This document shows positions 38,251-52,264 of a DNA stretch of 64,000 bases, piece after piece (within the stretch, counting starts at the first letter, position 1; each line of letters opens with the position of its first letter). The stretch is from Octopus bimaculoides (taxonomy: Eukaryota): NCBI RefSeq assembly GCF_001194135.2, contig NC_068990.1, positions 11,333,648 to 11,397,647 of the forward strand, read 5' to 3'. Both the position numbers and the translations under genes were made by a program. The notes under the pieces are model-generated. The model did not search any database, had not been told where the DNA came from, and saw only the letters and a list, made by a program, of their open reading frames with translations.

Positions 38251-41200
38251 ATCTATGTATTTATACTTATATCAGTTTATAAACCAGTAGCTTCATTATA
38301 TTATGTGTCTAAACATCCTGTAATTTAGCAGCTTGACAAAAAAGCAATCAATACCCTGCACTTATGTACTTGCTAGATAATAATATAATCAACTAAACTC
38401 TACACAGTAATATCTTGACATGGCAGTTGTCTGACGAGTCAAAACAGTAAAAGACAGAACAATAATTCAATAGTATTCAGAATTAATCGCAGCATGCTTT
38501 ATGGAATAATACTTACCTTGCCAACAGTAAAGTTCTCCAAAATATTACAAATATAGAAATGCTATCTGTTATAAAAGAAGTAAATTGAAAATTAATGTCA
38601 GGAAACAAATTGACTAAACGGGTAAAGTGTTTCTACAAGTTTCGAAATTACTTAGTGGAAAATTTATTATAAATTTATATTGTTTATATCTGCTTCAGGC
38701 CTTCTCTTGTATTTCTTTGGAAGATATAGCTGCAGATCGACAGAATTTTTAGAGAGTGGATCAACATAAATGATTTGCAGCATTTGTTTCAGGTCTCAGA
38801 GCTCCAGGTTCAAATCCCACTAAGTCAACTTCTCATTCTCTCCTTTCTGTCCAAACTGAAATTATATATACTGTTTATATTAGTTAGACTGATGTTCTCA
38901 TCTTGATTGTTGCTTTCATTACTTTTCAGCTGTTGTATGCCCCAGCCTTCTTCAGGTGTCTTGTGTTGAACTAGATTGCTGTACCAGAATTTTTAATCTA
39001 ATCCTTTCTTCGATCCACAGGAATACACTTTTTTCATTCTGCTCTCTGCATTTCCTGACATTTTTGGCTTCAGTTGATTTTTGTGAATTACCATGGTAAA
39101 TTCTTCACTTCAGAAATATAGAGTTGTATTAAGGAAATTGCTAATGCATTAGATATGATGCCTTGTAGTATTTGTTCCAGCTCCTTATGTTCTGTGATAT
39201 TGGGTTTTTATTTTAGATATAATCCATCTTTCACTTTAATACCACCACCTGGTTCTCCACTGCCTTTAGTAGAGTACATTTTGTTGCTAGTATTCATGTT
39301 AAGTTTCTGGTTTCAAGATAACATCCCACTTCACCTCAGCAATCTCAGATGCTCTGAAGAAAATTGTGATTCATAGATCTTTCTTCTCCTGTCTTGGGCT
39401 TAACTTAGGCTTGTATTGAGCACAACGAGACAGAAGGCCAGGGAATAAACCATTTCTGTAACATATACAATACTCTTCCCTGAGTGGGGTGCTGCTCTAT
39501 CACAATCAAAAAAGAAATTCTAAAATATATTAATCTAACCAATTATATATACAACCATGATTTTAAATAATAGAAACTTACATGCATGTGTGTCTTATTT
39601 CTGAATAAATAAATTCCTTCATTATTTCTGGATTTCTTTTACTGCAGTTGAGCAGCTTAATTTAGAAATACTTTTTGAATTGCCAGATTAGGAAGTTGAT
39701 CTTAGAAAATTTTCAAATCTGTCTAGCATCACAACCTCTTTAAAACAATTATCAAGCAATATGTTATGTGGCTTGCTTGCAAATTTATGAGGGAGCCTCT
39801 ACATTTCTCAAACTGCTAAAAAAAATTAGACAAATAACTCTGAACCATATAAAGAAAGGGAAGGACACATAAGATAATGTAGTCCTTCATACCTCTGAAA
39901 AAAGACAAAGTGATCAGGGTTAGACTGCCTTTCATCATTATCCTGCTTGAATCAGTTTGCTCTGGTTGCTTTTTATCTCCCAGGTCAACCCTGATCAGGT
40001 AAATGTATGATAAGAAGTATTCTAGAATTGACTATCATATTTTCAAGGGGTCTCAAACAATACATCATCCAAAGTGTCCCTTCTATCTTTAAAACTGTGG
40101 AAGGTATTTGCAAGGGATTTGGTTGCTCTTTCTATTAAAATCTCCTCCCTTACCTAAAAAGCAAACCCTTCTAAACATCTACTTCTTAAATATATGCAGT
40201 CTATGTAATACTTACAACAAAAGCACAATATACATTACAGGGGTTATCTATTTATTCATTTATTTTTTGCTTATTATTAAATTACTTAGGTCTTTAATTT
40301 TCCAGTTCAGTATTTCACTTCCATAATACAATGTCGCAATAGCCAAGGTATTGATTGCTATGGTTTTCTTGAGTTTAAGACTTGGAATCAATTTAAAGCT
40401 TCTGAAATATTCATTTGCAAACATTACTTTCTTCTGTTTTCCTATTTAACCATACAATGCGCCTGTATTTTATATTCATTTTTCTCAATAGATTTTTATC
40501 TATTTTTATCAACTAGTAACACTTCTTCAAACTGAAATACTTTATTATTTTTTTTTTAACCATCGATACTTGTTTATACTAAACTACAAGTTATGACTTC
40601 AGAAAATAAATGAGTTGGGTTAATGATTTTACTAAGATTTTTATCTGTTCTTCAGATATTATTTCTAGCTTACATTTAAATTTCATGACCTCCTATTGAA
40701 AAAAAAGCAAGTCATCATTACTAAAACTGAAAACTAAAAAATAGTAGCTAAATTTTCCTCATATCACACCAAAATGATTCTTCAGAAAAGGCAATGGGCA
40801 CTTTTTTCTCTTCCTTGGGCCTTTTTCTTTCTTGTCCCTCTGGGGTCTAAAATTTGTAAGAAATTCTGAAGCACTTTTGTTTCAAAAATATTAATTTAAA
40901 AGATAGTGGTGGAAGGAGAAGTGAGAGGTAATTCTGAAAGGAGGATTTCCACCAAGCCCCACTTCAAACTACAAAGACTAAAATGTTACACAAATGCTAT
41001 GACTGCCACGAACACCATCACAACTTCTGCTACTTAACTGGTACATTTTTCCTCTTCACCCAATTTCATTGAGTCTTCTTCTTTGAGATGTTTCACTCAT
41101 TTTACTTTTGCGTTTACACAAAGTGGTGATAGATTTTCATATGTAACAATTTTTTCTTCCTCGTCATTCGATGTTGATGTGGTACTACTGGTTAGTACTG

Positions 41201-41538
41201 TTAGGAGAGGAGATGTCGGTTCATTTGCACCTAATACTTGATATATAAAGATTCTTGCTATATCTAGAATTTGGGCTGATCCTGGCCTGAAAACAAGGGT
41301 TTGTAATTCATGTTGCAGATGATCTTCATTTTTTTTGTTTGTCTTTCTTTTTTTACTACTTAGGATTTTCAATTCTTTTGGGCATTCAGCCCTCAATCTA
41401 TCTTTACTATGGGAAATTTTGTAATTAAGCATTCTGCTCTGAAGCCCTTTCTTACAGTGCTTTTTACAGGTCATAATTTTGTTATGAGTTTACTGAAACT
41501 TGCAATTCCGTTTTGATGCTCCCCCACTACATGTAACA

Positions 41539-41773
41539 TTCTTATTTCTTTACTGCCCACAAGGGGCTACACACAGAGGAGACAAACAAGGACAGACAAA
41601 CAGATTAAGTTGATTATATCAACCCCAGTGCATAACTGGTACTTATTTAATCGACACCGAAAGGATGAAAAGCAAAGTCGACCTCGGCAGAATTTGAACT
41701 CAGAACTTAGCAGCAGATGAAATACCGTTAAGCATTTCGCCCGGTGTGCTAACAATTCTGCCAGCACACTGCC
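41539..41773 (-). mobile_element. SINE family F, well preserved
   Basis: Minus strand GGCAGTGTGCTGGCAGAATTGTTAGCAC...GTTCTGAGTTCAAATTCTGCCGAGGTCGACTTTGCTTTTCATCCTTTCGGTGTCGATTAAATAAGTACCAG...GTGGGCAGTAAAGAAATAAG. Confidence 0.85.
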
Positions 41774-42692
41774 CTTGTAACATTCTGTTAACATGTAACA
41801 TTCTGTTAACCTTATTTGAGCCACTTATCATACTGAGTGATAAATAGGTAATGACTACCCACACAGCTACATTATATAGATATTTCTTATTACTGTTTTT
41901 GTATTTCTTTAACCAGTGTATTAGATCACAAATATATAGTCAGAGATATGTCTGACAATGACACCCCATATTTTGGCTGACTCTTCAGTGTTGAATGTAC
42001 AGCAGATGGTGTTATAATCTTTGCCTTTCTTAGTTGAAAATATTTTTCCTGACATTCGTGGAAGAGTTTTTACAGGAGGAGAGATTTAGTTCACTTCCAC
42101 CCTTTTATAAGCAGAAGTATGTAATTTTTTCCTATTTTCTCATCCCAAATTTGCTCCTATGACAGAGAAATGGTGTTTAAATTTACAAAATTTTCTCATA
42201 TTTTCCTTATAGTTGTCTGAAGTCTAAAAGTTTTGCTTGTTCAGTGTGCATTTAAAGAAAATTCACTTTGGCACAACAACTGTATGAACGGACTACAAGG
42301 TATAATTCCACCAGAGAGTTACTGCTGGTGTTGTTGTTGTTGTTTTAATATTGTTATCTTCGAAACTACCTAGCTGAGATGTCTTTCGTTTTTCTCTTTT
42401 GTTTTTGCAACGTCTTGTAGCATAAGTATGTTTTCATAGCCATTTTGGGTGTGAAAATGTAATATGTGAAAATTAAATTATTCATGTTTGTAAAACATGT
42501 TTATTTTCCTTTATTTTTCTTTTCTGTCTCAGAGTACTGAAGGCAGGCGTTCTTTAGGCAATTATAGTTTTTTTTTTCTACAAGTACTCCAAAGAAAATT
42601 TAATTTGGTAATGCTTGAATAAATCGTGAATTTGTGTTTCCAAGAGGGAAGAAAAACGACCCCATCCCAGTACAAGAATCAAATAGTAATAT

Positions 42693-42800
<108 letters not shown>

Positions 42801-45800
42801 TAATATTTTCTTTTGTTATTGCCACAGGAATATTTTTATCCATGCTATAAAATCACAGAAGCTACCAAAATTGCAAATAGAGACAAATAAGTGGATCGAT
42901 AAAGGCAGGTATATATCATCATCATCGTTTAACATCCGCTTTCCATGCTAGCATGAGTTGGACGATTTGAGAGAGAGAGAGAGAGAAAGGACATTAGTTT
43001 TTAAAGATATATAATCTAAAACATGTTAGGCATTTAAGACTACCTGCTCAAAAGTATGTGAAGACTCATGAGTTTGGTTGCATCAGAATAATTCTCATAT
43101 CTGGCTGCCTGCCATAAATATATTATCATTTTGGATGAGTCTATGTTAAGTTTGAATATTGGAATGGTTTGTAAGTGGCTCACATTTTAGTGAAGCCTTA
43201 GCTCCATCTGCCTATAAGCCATTGGTTTCCACCACCAGCATATATCTCTTGGGTATTCTCTGAATTCTGCACCTTCTTTGTTATATTTTCCTCCATTGAT
43301 TTGTTTTGGAAATCCATCAGTTCCTTGTTGGAATTTCTGGAAACTGAAAATTTTGTGTTTCACCAGAAGATGAACTTTTCAGTTTTGTTTTCTTTCTAGA
43401 AAGTATTTGACTGTCCTTCTTTTGTGCACCAATTCTCAATGCTGACTTTTCTTCATTTCTACTGTTCCTGTTAGTCTGTCACTATTCTCCATTCTCTTTT
43501 TTTTCTTCTCCTGATCGTAAGCTGATGAGGTATCACTAATTCAGAATGGGGGAAGTGAACATTAATCTTCAGCTTCTGATTCCGAGGACAAGACAAGTCA
43601 TTCAGGCACATTTAAGGCTGCAATCAAAAATGTGATTAGTTATGTTGTTTAAGCAGAAGCCTCTGAGGTGTGCTGTTGTTTCTGTTGGCTTACCTGCTCT
43701 CTTTTGCTTGGCTTTTCTATTATTTCTTTTGGCCATGAAACACTCTGATGGCCCTTACCCACCTCGTCTGTAATAGTTGAGTGATATGTTTTTCACTGCT
43801 AATTTCTTACCCTTTCATTCTGCACTCTTGGTAGGGCAATACTTTGTTATTGCTCTGAGTTCTTTACAGGCCATTAGAATGTGCATTTTCAATGAGACTC
43901 CACCTAAACATATGTCATTCTTGACGACTTTGACACTCACTTCCTGACTATAATTCTGCATCAAAAATTTACCAACAAGCCAAGAATGAATATCATTATT
44001 AGTACCTTTGATTATGACCCTCATTAGAACTGCAGCCCCAGTGGGTAGGAGATGTTTGACAAACCATCTTCAGTTCAAAAAGTGAGGTACATGGTTCTAT
44101 AACTTCCCTTGATCTGTAGATGAGATATCAACTTATTCTACTGGAAGAGCTTTCACTGATTGTACAGCTGAGGGTATGAGGAAATCAACTCCAGTTTCAG
44201 CAATACATCAATCGGTGACTTTCTATATTTCTCTTTCTTGGATATGGAAATATTTGGTAAAGATAATTGTATCTTTATTAAAAACTTTTCCCCTGCGAAT
44301 GTTTTCTCAAACTAGTCCACTCATATTCAAAATTCACCAATCGTTAGCAGCACAGGAAAATATGAAACTGCTATATTTTTTAGCTGTTTTGTTCGTTTGG
44401 CAAAGAATGTGTTTCCATTTCTATATTGCTGTTATGCTGGATACTCTATCCTCCACCCCCATCCCATATTCTACATAGTTGAAACATAATTAATGTAACA
44501 TAAAGCGTACAGCACTTTCTCTACACAATCAACCTCCGACACTAATGCTTATAACACCAATCACATAGAATACGTATGAAATATAAATACCAGCCAACAA
44601 AATAATGCATCTCACATTGCCTATACTTTATACAACAGATGAAACACCAAAATAACATCAAAATCATCAAAACAAATCCTATAACAAAGCAAACTTGATG
44701 TAGGATACAAACACAATCTGACATTCCCAAAAGACAGCATTGCACAAGTTCTTAAGGAACGTGGAATTGCATAAAACTGATGAAAGCGTGATGGTGGTGG
44801 ATGGTGGGGGGGGAAGCAGTTGTCATCGTGGTTGTCTTAGTTGTGGTGATGATGATGATGATGATGACGATGATGATGGTGATGGTGAGGAGAAAAGAAT
44901 AAGATTAGGATAAGTGGTAAAAGATAACAACAGAGAAAGAACTGGAAAGACGAGTAAAGAACACAAAGCTATCCAAGGGTATGAAATGTCTGTTCTAACA
45001 ATGTATCTTCTTTGTTACCGCTTTTCGAAAACCACTATAATAAAATTGTTAGCCTTTCTAATATCAATTTTTATCGCGCCTAAAGACAGATGGATATGAT
45101 AATCAGGAAAAAATATTGTGATAAATGCTGGAAAGAGCAAAGGTCAGGATATAAAACCTAAACCACTAATCAAATTTTAGGCAGAAGTGAAAGGAAAAAA
45201 AAGTTATTTGGCTAAGGAAATCTGCCTTGTTGGAACTATAGATATATCATGCAGCATATCTCTGTGAGAGTTTCATATATAGCTTAGACCAAGTTGCTTC
45301 ATATTATCTTACAACAAATCAGATATGAATGAAGGAAAGTATCAATACAAGCATGAATAGTTATTTAATACACAATTTATTGCATAATATTTTACTGGAT
45401 ATTTTATGCATTCAGCAGACATTATAAAACCTCATAGCTAAGTCAATAAAGACACGTTTTTTTCTTGTTGTTCTTTTATTTTTGTTATAATGCTGAAAAA
45501 CAAAAATGGTATTAATACATTTCTTTTATGATTCTTATTTTCAATATATGCGTATGGAAAACAAAAATAATTGCGAAAGAATAGAAATGTAAATATAAAG
45601 CAGCTACCGTGTGAAAGTATGAAAGATAAACACCCCAGTAAAACTTTTCACTAAAACTGCTATTTTATGTAATAAAATCTTGTATTGTCAGAATGGAAAT
45701 TTTGGGTGAATACAGATTAAATAAATGAAATACAGATTGAGATTTCATAGAAATTTCACTGGAAAGCGAGAAAATTGAAATCATTTTTACAACTAGCAGT

Positions 45801-45984
45801 TTCACTGGAAATTAAGTTAATCTATTTATTTATTTATTTTATTTTATTTATTTTTTTGTCAGAAATATTATAGCAAAAAACATCAAATGATGAAATGCAA
45901 ATGTATTCCATTTGTTTAATAAGAAACAACTTTCATGAAAAGTGCAGCTGTAGATGACTGAGAAAATAGAAGCCAGTGAGAGAG

Positions 45985-46180
45985 CCTCTGTGTGATCCCT
46001 CAGCCTGCTAAAAATAGCAGCGAAACCTCATTAAATCACACAAAAGTCTCCAAAAATAAAGAGCGGGTTCATTGTCAATATAATGTCTAATATCCAAAAT
46101 GATAGGATGGTCATGGCTGGAACACCATTTACTATAAAACTGTTCAACCAAGGCTGACATAAGGCTAAACAACAACAACA
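45985..46180 (+). mobile_element. Retroposon family E with a (CAA)n tail (SINE or LINE 3' end)
   Basis: CTGCTAAAAATAGCAGC...GGATGGTCATGGCTGGAA...GGCTAAACAACAACAACA. Related copies at 5385-5595(-), 12225-12430(+), 34420-34580(+), 39850-40050 (both orientations), 46545-46745(+) and 56490-56692(-). Confidence 0.65.
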
Positions 46181-47170
46181 GAGTGACTATGAGAGAAGAG
46201 ATTTACTCAAGGGGTCAGTGATTAATATGTTTTCAAGCATTAAGGCAGCAAGCTGACAGAATTGTAGGTATAGCGGTATTTTGTCTTTTATATTCTGAGT
46301 TCAAATCCCACTAAGGTTGTCTTCACTTTCTATCCTTTCAGGGTCAATAAGATAAACACCAGCTAAGCACTGGGGCTGATATAACTAACTTAGCCCCTTC
46401 CCTGAAACTGCTGGCCTTGTGCCAAAATTTGAGATTAATATCTTGGTCAAGCATTCACATTGAGGTCAAGAAGATCTCAACTGTTCATCCCTCCAAGTAA
46501 ATACAAAACAGATATTGAGAACTTATAAGCCCACCAATGCAAATGACAGCTGAAAGCTTACATGTCTAACTCAACTTACTGAAAATGGCAGCTAAATTAT
46601 TCCATGCAGTTTTAAATTAGGAAGGACACAATGGAGTTGTGACTATACAAACCTGGAAGAAGAAAGAATTATTATGGCTGGTATGCCTTACATCATATGT
46701 CTGTTAGATGAAGGTTAACCTGAATCTAAACAAAAACCAACATTACTATGAACTACAAAAGGAGTTCTATGCAGTTCTTGTTCTACTAGAAATATCTTCT
46801 GAATCATCCTCAAATCACTCTATGTGATCTTAAGAAGAGAAGGGCACTTTGATCTTTTACTTGTTTTAGTCATTAGACTGCGGCGATACTGGGGTACTGC
46901 CTTGAAGAATTTTTAATTCAATCAATCAACCCCAGAACTTATTTTCTTTTCTAAGCCTGGTTCTAATTCTATTAGTCGCTTTTGCTGAACTGCTAAGTTA
47001 TGGGGGCATAAACACACCAACACTGGTTGTCAAGCAGTGGTGATCCACACATGTACACACACACATGCACACAAGTAGCTAAATAAATGCAAAACAAGGT
47101 GGAAAAAATAGTACTCAAATACCAAAGGTAGAGTAATATGCTTTTATTAAAGCTGCAAAATTAACTCAAA

Positions 47171-47209
47171 ATGTTACTCAGAGTTTCATGTTTCTGTTCG
47201 TCAGATAGT
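47171..47209 (-). ncRNA. Type I hammerhead ribozyme-like motif (left arm)
   Basis: Minus strand ACTAT CTGACGA ACA GAAA CAT GAAA CTC T GAG TA ACAT. The core boxes and GUA triplet are intact; stems I and II are partly decayed. Confidence 0.6.
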
Positions 47210-47219
47210 TGTGATGAAA

Positions 47220-47258
47220 ACTGTCCAATGAATGAGAACGTGAAACTCTGAGTAACTA
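47220..47258 (+). ncRNA. Degenerate hammerhead-like motif (right arm)
   Basis: ACTGT CCAATGA ATG AGAA CGT GAAA CTC T GAG TA ACT. The CUGANGA box is mutated; stem III and the GUA triplet are retained. Confidence 0.45.
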
Positions 47259-47497
47259 CTTGGAGAAAATTTTGCAGTTTTAATAAAAGTGTACTTATAT
47301 ACACACACATACATATATATATATATATATGAAATAGAAATCTCTGCAACATCTCAGGAGCTCCATAGAACCCAACCACATACAATGAGACACTTTTAAA
47401 TGTACTTACTATAAATGTCACACTTTTGCTTACAACAACACTGCAACCATAAATGAAGCACAGTGCTACATCACACAAATGCTTTTCTTCAACTCTG

Positions 47498-47725
47498 TTA
47501 ACTCTTCAGCATTTAAACTGGCCATATTTGGTCCAGATATTCTAATTGTTTTACGTTCAAACCAACCAGATCTGGCCTGTCACACCTACTCAACACCATC
47601 GTTTTAAAAATAAGCAATTGCATCATTGAAATCTCAAAGCTTCGATATAAGGCATGGTTAATTTAAAACAATGTAGATAAACCAGCATTACATTTGGGAG
47701 AGTAATATGGATGCTAAAAGGTTGA
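47498..47725 (+). mobile_element. TTAA-flanked MITE family D (piggyBac-like termini inferred)
   Basis: TTAACTCTTCAGCATT ... GATGCTAAAAGGTTGA, consistent with a consensus TTAA-CCCTTTAGCATT/AATGCTAAAGGG-TTAA. Other copies at 48756-48978(+), 54915-55047(-) and 56733-56886(+). Confidence 0.7.
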
Positions 47726-49106
47726 TATTAATGTTGCTTTTTTAGTGCTCTTTACATCGGTATAGTGAGTCACCACTCCATATATAACCTTAGCAAAGGC
47801 ATCCATATTATTCTAGTATGTATGACAGGCTGCCCGTCACCACCACCACCACCACCACCACCACCACCTCCAACAACAACAACAACAACAACATAATGGG
47901 GATAATCTGTTACCTACTTATTGGTGGCTGTAGGAAATGGAAGAAAAATGTATGACATTCAGGCTCAGAACCATGGCACCAATGTGTTGAAATGAACATT
48001 TTCCCTTTTATTCTTTCACTCCCTCTTTGTACAGTAATCCCTGTATTATCCTTTAGCTTTCCCCTCACTTTAACTTTCCTTTCATCTCACTCTTGCTCTC
48101 TTTCTATTCTTTTTGTTTACCTTTTTTCCCCTTTCTCTCTCTCTCTCTCTCACTCACTATGTCCTGCATATGCATGCTTGTTCATGTTGCTCTTACGTTT
48201 GCTATTGGATGCTGTTAGTTACTTTAATATAAGAGGAAGTAAAACTATTCATTTCATCCCTTTTTTGACTCCTCTGTCATCTCAACCCTGGAGAAGAACT
48301 TTGTCTGAAGCTTAGGAAATTCCATTCCCCTTAGCAATATATTACTTTATTCTTTCTACAACATTTTCCAATAAATGCCGTTGTATCCACTGGAAATTTA
48401 TTCTTCATTCACTTAATGATAAAGAAATGGAAGCTGGACACCTTCTGCATAAATCAGGAAGCATTATTGAGAAATACAGTTCTGTATGATGGCAAGTAGC
48501 AACAATTCTGTAAATTAAATAATAATAATTTCAGATATAAGCACAAAGCCAGATGCTTAATGGGTGACAACAATTAGTTACACCAACCTCAGTATTTAAC
48601 TGGTACTTTATTTTACTAGTGTTCAAAGACTGAAAAGTAAAGGTGACCACAGCAGGTTTGGAAGTCTGAATGTAACAAACTGGAACAAATACCACAAGGT
48701 ATTTTGCCTGATGCTCTATTGATTCTGCAAGGCCATTGACCTGTATCTGTAATGAAACCCTTCTGTGTTTAAATTGGCCATATCCAGCCCAATTATTCTA
48801 CCTGTTTTACATTCAAACCAGCCAGATCTGGCATTTCACGCCTACCCTATAATGTCATTCTAAAAATAAACAATTTGCATCATTGAAATCTTATAGCTAC
48901 GAGATAATGCCTGATTAACTCAAAACAATGTGGATAAATAAGGATTACATTTGGCAGAGTAATCTGAATGTTAAAGGTAGTGGTCTGAGAACAAAATTTA
49001 CTTAGTGGGTTCTAATCTAGGTTCAATTTTTTTTTCTTGTGCAAAATGTGGATTTTTTTCAATGTTAATATTAAAACAAGTGAAGGTATAATAATAATTA
49101 TTATTA

Positions 49107-49570
49107 CGAGGATTGGCTGAAATGTTCATAGGCTAAGCAAGATACTCGCATGGAATCTGACTGAAAGAAGTTCATTTTTTAACATAGTTTCTCTTACTGT
49201 CCACACATTTCCATTAGTGCTTTGATCGTACTGGTGAAGAAAGTATCCTGTTGGTCAAAATGATCATGAACAACAGATAAGACGTCATCCTCACAGTGAT
49301 ACTAGGGCCCAGCCAAGTGTTTTTCATGTTGGGAAATAAAGGACAATCAGATGAAACAAAATCACTGACATCGGGAGTGTGATCAACCAGTTCAAAGCCA
49401 GTCATGCATAGCAACCATTGAAACCAAGGACCTGCGTGTTGAACCTTATTTCTGGGTGCTTGGTCTTCAGAGCCTTTCCTAACCATCAATGGAAAGTTGG
49501 CATTGAACTTTCCATTCACGGTGTGATCATTCTGAAGATAGTCAATAGACAATATTTTTTGCATTAATGT
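49107..49570 (-). mobile_element. mariner (DD34D-type) transposon remnant: C-terminal transposase and one TIR
   Basis: ILSIDYLQNDHTVNGKFNA and GFELVDHTPDVSDFVSSDCPLFPNMK (a decayed HPPYSPDLAPSDF motif). Terminus TA-CGAGGATTGGCTGAAATGTTCATAGGC. Confidence 0.8.
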
Positions 49571-50081
49571 ATAGTATATGTAATAATGTGAAGTATATTT
49601 TATATATTGAAATGTTTAATTTCGGAAATATATCAAGTGAAGCAAACATAAGCAGTATAAATACAAATTGCAACTATTTCAAAATGTGGGACACTACATG
49701 ACATAAAAACTAACAAAAAAGGAAGAAAATAGAAAATAGTGGTGCTTGTGTTTCAAAAGTATAATGAGAGGGCTCAGGAATAGGTTGGAGATATGGGATA
49801 GAAGAGAAGAAAGATAGAAAGAAAGAAAAGAATGAAAAATGAAAAGATAAGCTGGGGGTCTGAAGTGAATGCTTGGCAGGAGATGAAACAGAATACATGT
49901 CTAACTTATGCACTGGTCAAGTAGAAAAAGGATGAGGGATAAAAAATTGGATGGTTTTTTGGTACCAGAAAGTGAAGAAAGAGAGACAGAGTAGAGTAGA
50001 AAATGTTGGGGTAGAACAAGTACAAAGAAAGAGAGAGTGTGGAGGAAAATAAGTCCTATATATATATATATATGTTTGTGT

Positions 50082-50288
50082 GTCTGTTTGTCCCCCAGCA
50101 TCGCTTGACAACCGATGCTGGTGTGTTTACGTCCCCATTACGTAGCGGTTCAGTAAAAGAGACCGATAGCATAAGTACTAGGCTTACAAAGAATAAGCTC
50201 TGGGGTCAATTTTTTCGACTGTAATGATGGTGCTCCAGCATGGCCGCGATCAAATGACTGAAACAAGTAAAAGAGTAAAAGAGTAAAG
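50082..50288 (+). mobile_element. SINE family A tail half
   Basis: GCATCGCTTGACAACCGATGCTGGTGTGTTTACGTCCCC...GAAACAAGTAAAAGAGTAAAAGAG. Confidence 0.9.
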
Positions 50289-50445
50289 ATTTTGGACTTT
50301 TTTAAAATTCATTTTTGTCCTTTGCTCTTGTTTTGAGAAGAAACCTAACTTCAAGCAACTTTTTACAGGTAAATTTGTAGACCCTATTTTCTAAACCCGG
50401 CAAGGTATGTAGGGGATGCAAATTTTGATTTTTGCACCCTTACTG

Positions 50446-50858
50446 TTTTACTCTTTTACTTGTTTCAGCCATTTGACTGTGGCCATGCTGGAGCACCACC
50501 TTTAGTCGAGTAAATTGATCCCCAGGACTTATTCTTTGTAAGCCTAGTGTTTATTCTATCGGTCTCTTTTGCTGCACTGCTAAGTTACGGGGACGTAAAC
50601 ACACCAGCATCAGTTGTCAAGCGATGTTGGGGGGGGGGGACAAACACAGACGCACAAACATATACACACACATACATATATATATACATATATAGGGCGG
50701 GCTTCTTTCAGTTTCCGTCTACCAAATCCACTGACAAGGCTTTGGTCAGCCCGAGGCTATAGTAGAAGACACTTGCCCAAGGTGTCACGCTGTGGGATTG
50801 AACCCATAACCATGTGGTTGGTAAGCAAGCTACTTACCACACAGCCACTCCTGCGCCT
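50446..50858 (-). mobile_element. SINE family A, full length
   Basis: 5' end AGGCGCAGGAGTGGCTGTGTGGTAAG (A box) and GGGTTCAATCCC (B box), with a complete tail. Confidence 0.9.
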
Positions 50859-51844
50859 TAAAAGTTTTAGGCAGTGCAAGCACCCTCTGTTCCTGGGTCG
50901 TTGGCTAAAGAGTTAAATAATGTTTCAACAACTTTTATTTCAACTCTTTCCATAAGTGCAATTTGGATAAAAATGGTGTGGCGGAAGTCCTACAGACTGG
51001 TTTTCGATACATTGCATAGAGATGAGGATTTTAGTTCTGCTCTATCTCTGTCCTTGAACTGAGAAGCAAAAGAATGCAAAGGTAAGGAGAGCAGACAAAT
51101 TTTTGAGAAGAATAAACATTTGGTTGCAAATGAGAAATGTTCAGATTCATGAAAAATTACACAAAACAAAATAAATGTTAGAGGAAGTGAGGTCAAAAGA
51201 CTAGCGAACTGGCAAATGAAAGTGAGAAGAATATCTCATAAGTAGCATCTTCTTTTCGTTTTAGTCTTTCCTTACCTAGTTATAACTCATTGTTCTTCAA
51301 TATATCATCATTGCAAACTATTGTTTATCTTATTCAAAAAGCTACTGTTAAGGTCTTCAGGAAAATGTTGAATTATGTTTATTTTCCATTCTCCTGAATT
51401 GTAAGATATCTTTCACCATAATCAAAACTTTCTCTGTAAAATATTGATTCTTGTCTTAGAAAACACAGTATTGTATAATTCATTTATTTCCTTATCTATT
51501 AGATTTAGATTTGAGTGCTCCCACCTCATTTGTCCATTTTCTGAAAGAATTTCAAAAATATGTCTTCTAAGTAATTGTATAATATTGACCAACAAATTCT
51601 CTATGCTTGACCATTTTTCCTGTGTTAGATTACAAAAGGGAAGACTAATGACAATTATAATACATAAATATGTTTGGCTATCTGACAATATATATATATT
51701 CAATATAGAAACAAGACATGAATAGCGAAAACCATGATAGCTTTATGGCTAATTTTTTTCCTCTGTTGTGTTTTTATTGCAGTGATTTCACTTATGTTCT
51801 ATCTTAATGTAACAATATACATACTTACACATCTACATATATAG

Positions 51845-51975
<131 letters not shown>

Positions 51976-52264
51976 ATATTTTATACTACCAGGCTAATAA
52001 ATCATATATACAAAGTTAGTGAGTTTATTTAATAAATGTCACTCTGATAGTGTAATAAGTAACATTTACAATATTAGTTAGTCTAAAAAGTTCACTTAAA
52101 ATATTAATCTAAAATGTTTCTATTTACAATAATCTGATAAATCTTAACCTTGTATTGATTTTTTTTTAACTTATGGTCAACAAGGATAGTTTTTGTAGAA
52201 AAAGTGTAATGTATGCCTAGGTTATCAGATCTGAGACTGAGGAAACGTAATGTTAGAATTGGTA

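Larger units (their letters stand above)
47077..47295. mobile_element. Penelope-like fragment in an inverted head-to-head arrangement
   Basis: Left arm TTTTATTAAAGCTGCAAAATT...GTTACTCAGAGTTTCATGTTTC is the reverse complement of right arm GAACGTGAAACTCTGAGTAAC...AATTTTGCAGTTTTAATAAAA. Each arm carries a hammerhead-like core. Confidence 0.6.

Noticed and set aside
38425-38465. CTGACGA-GTC...GAC-AGAAC hammerhead-like string
   Set aside because: GAAA is not intact, and neither a stem III/cleavage triplet nor a stem I partner is found.
39230-39365. Tyrosine-recombinase (Crypton-like) reading of FRASEIAEVKWDVI on the minus strand
   Set aside because: A single short motif with no H-x-x-R or catalytic Tyr region visible. 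An APE-endonuclease reading fits the LINE-like context at least as well.
41097-41474. 125-aa ORF as a host gene
   Set aside because: It is surrounded by stop-riddled frames of similar character and begins within a decayed knuckle-like motif, so it is better explained as old retroelement debris.
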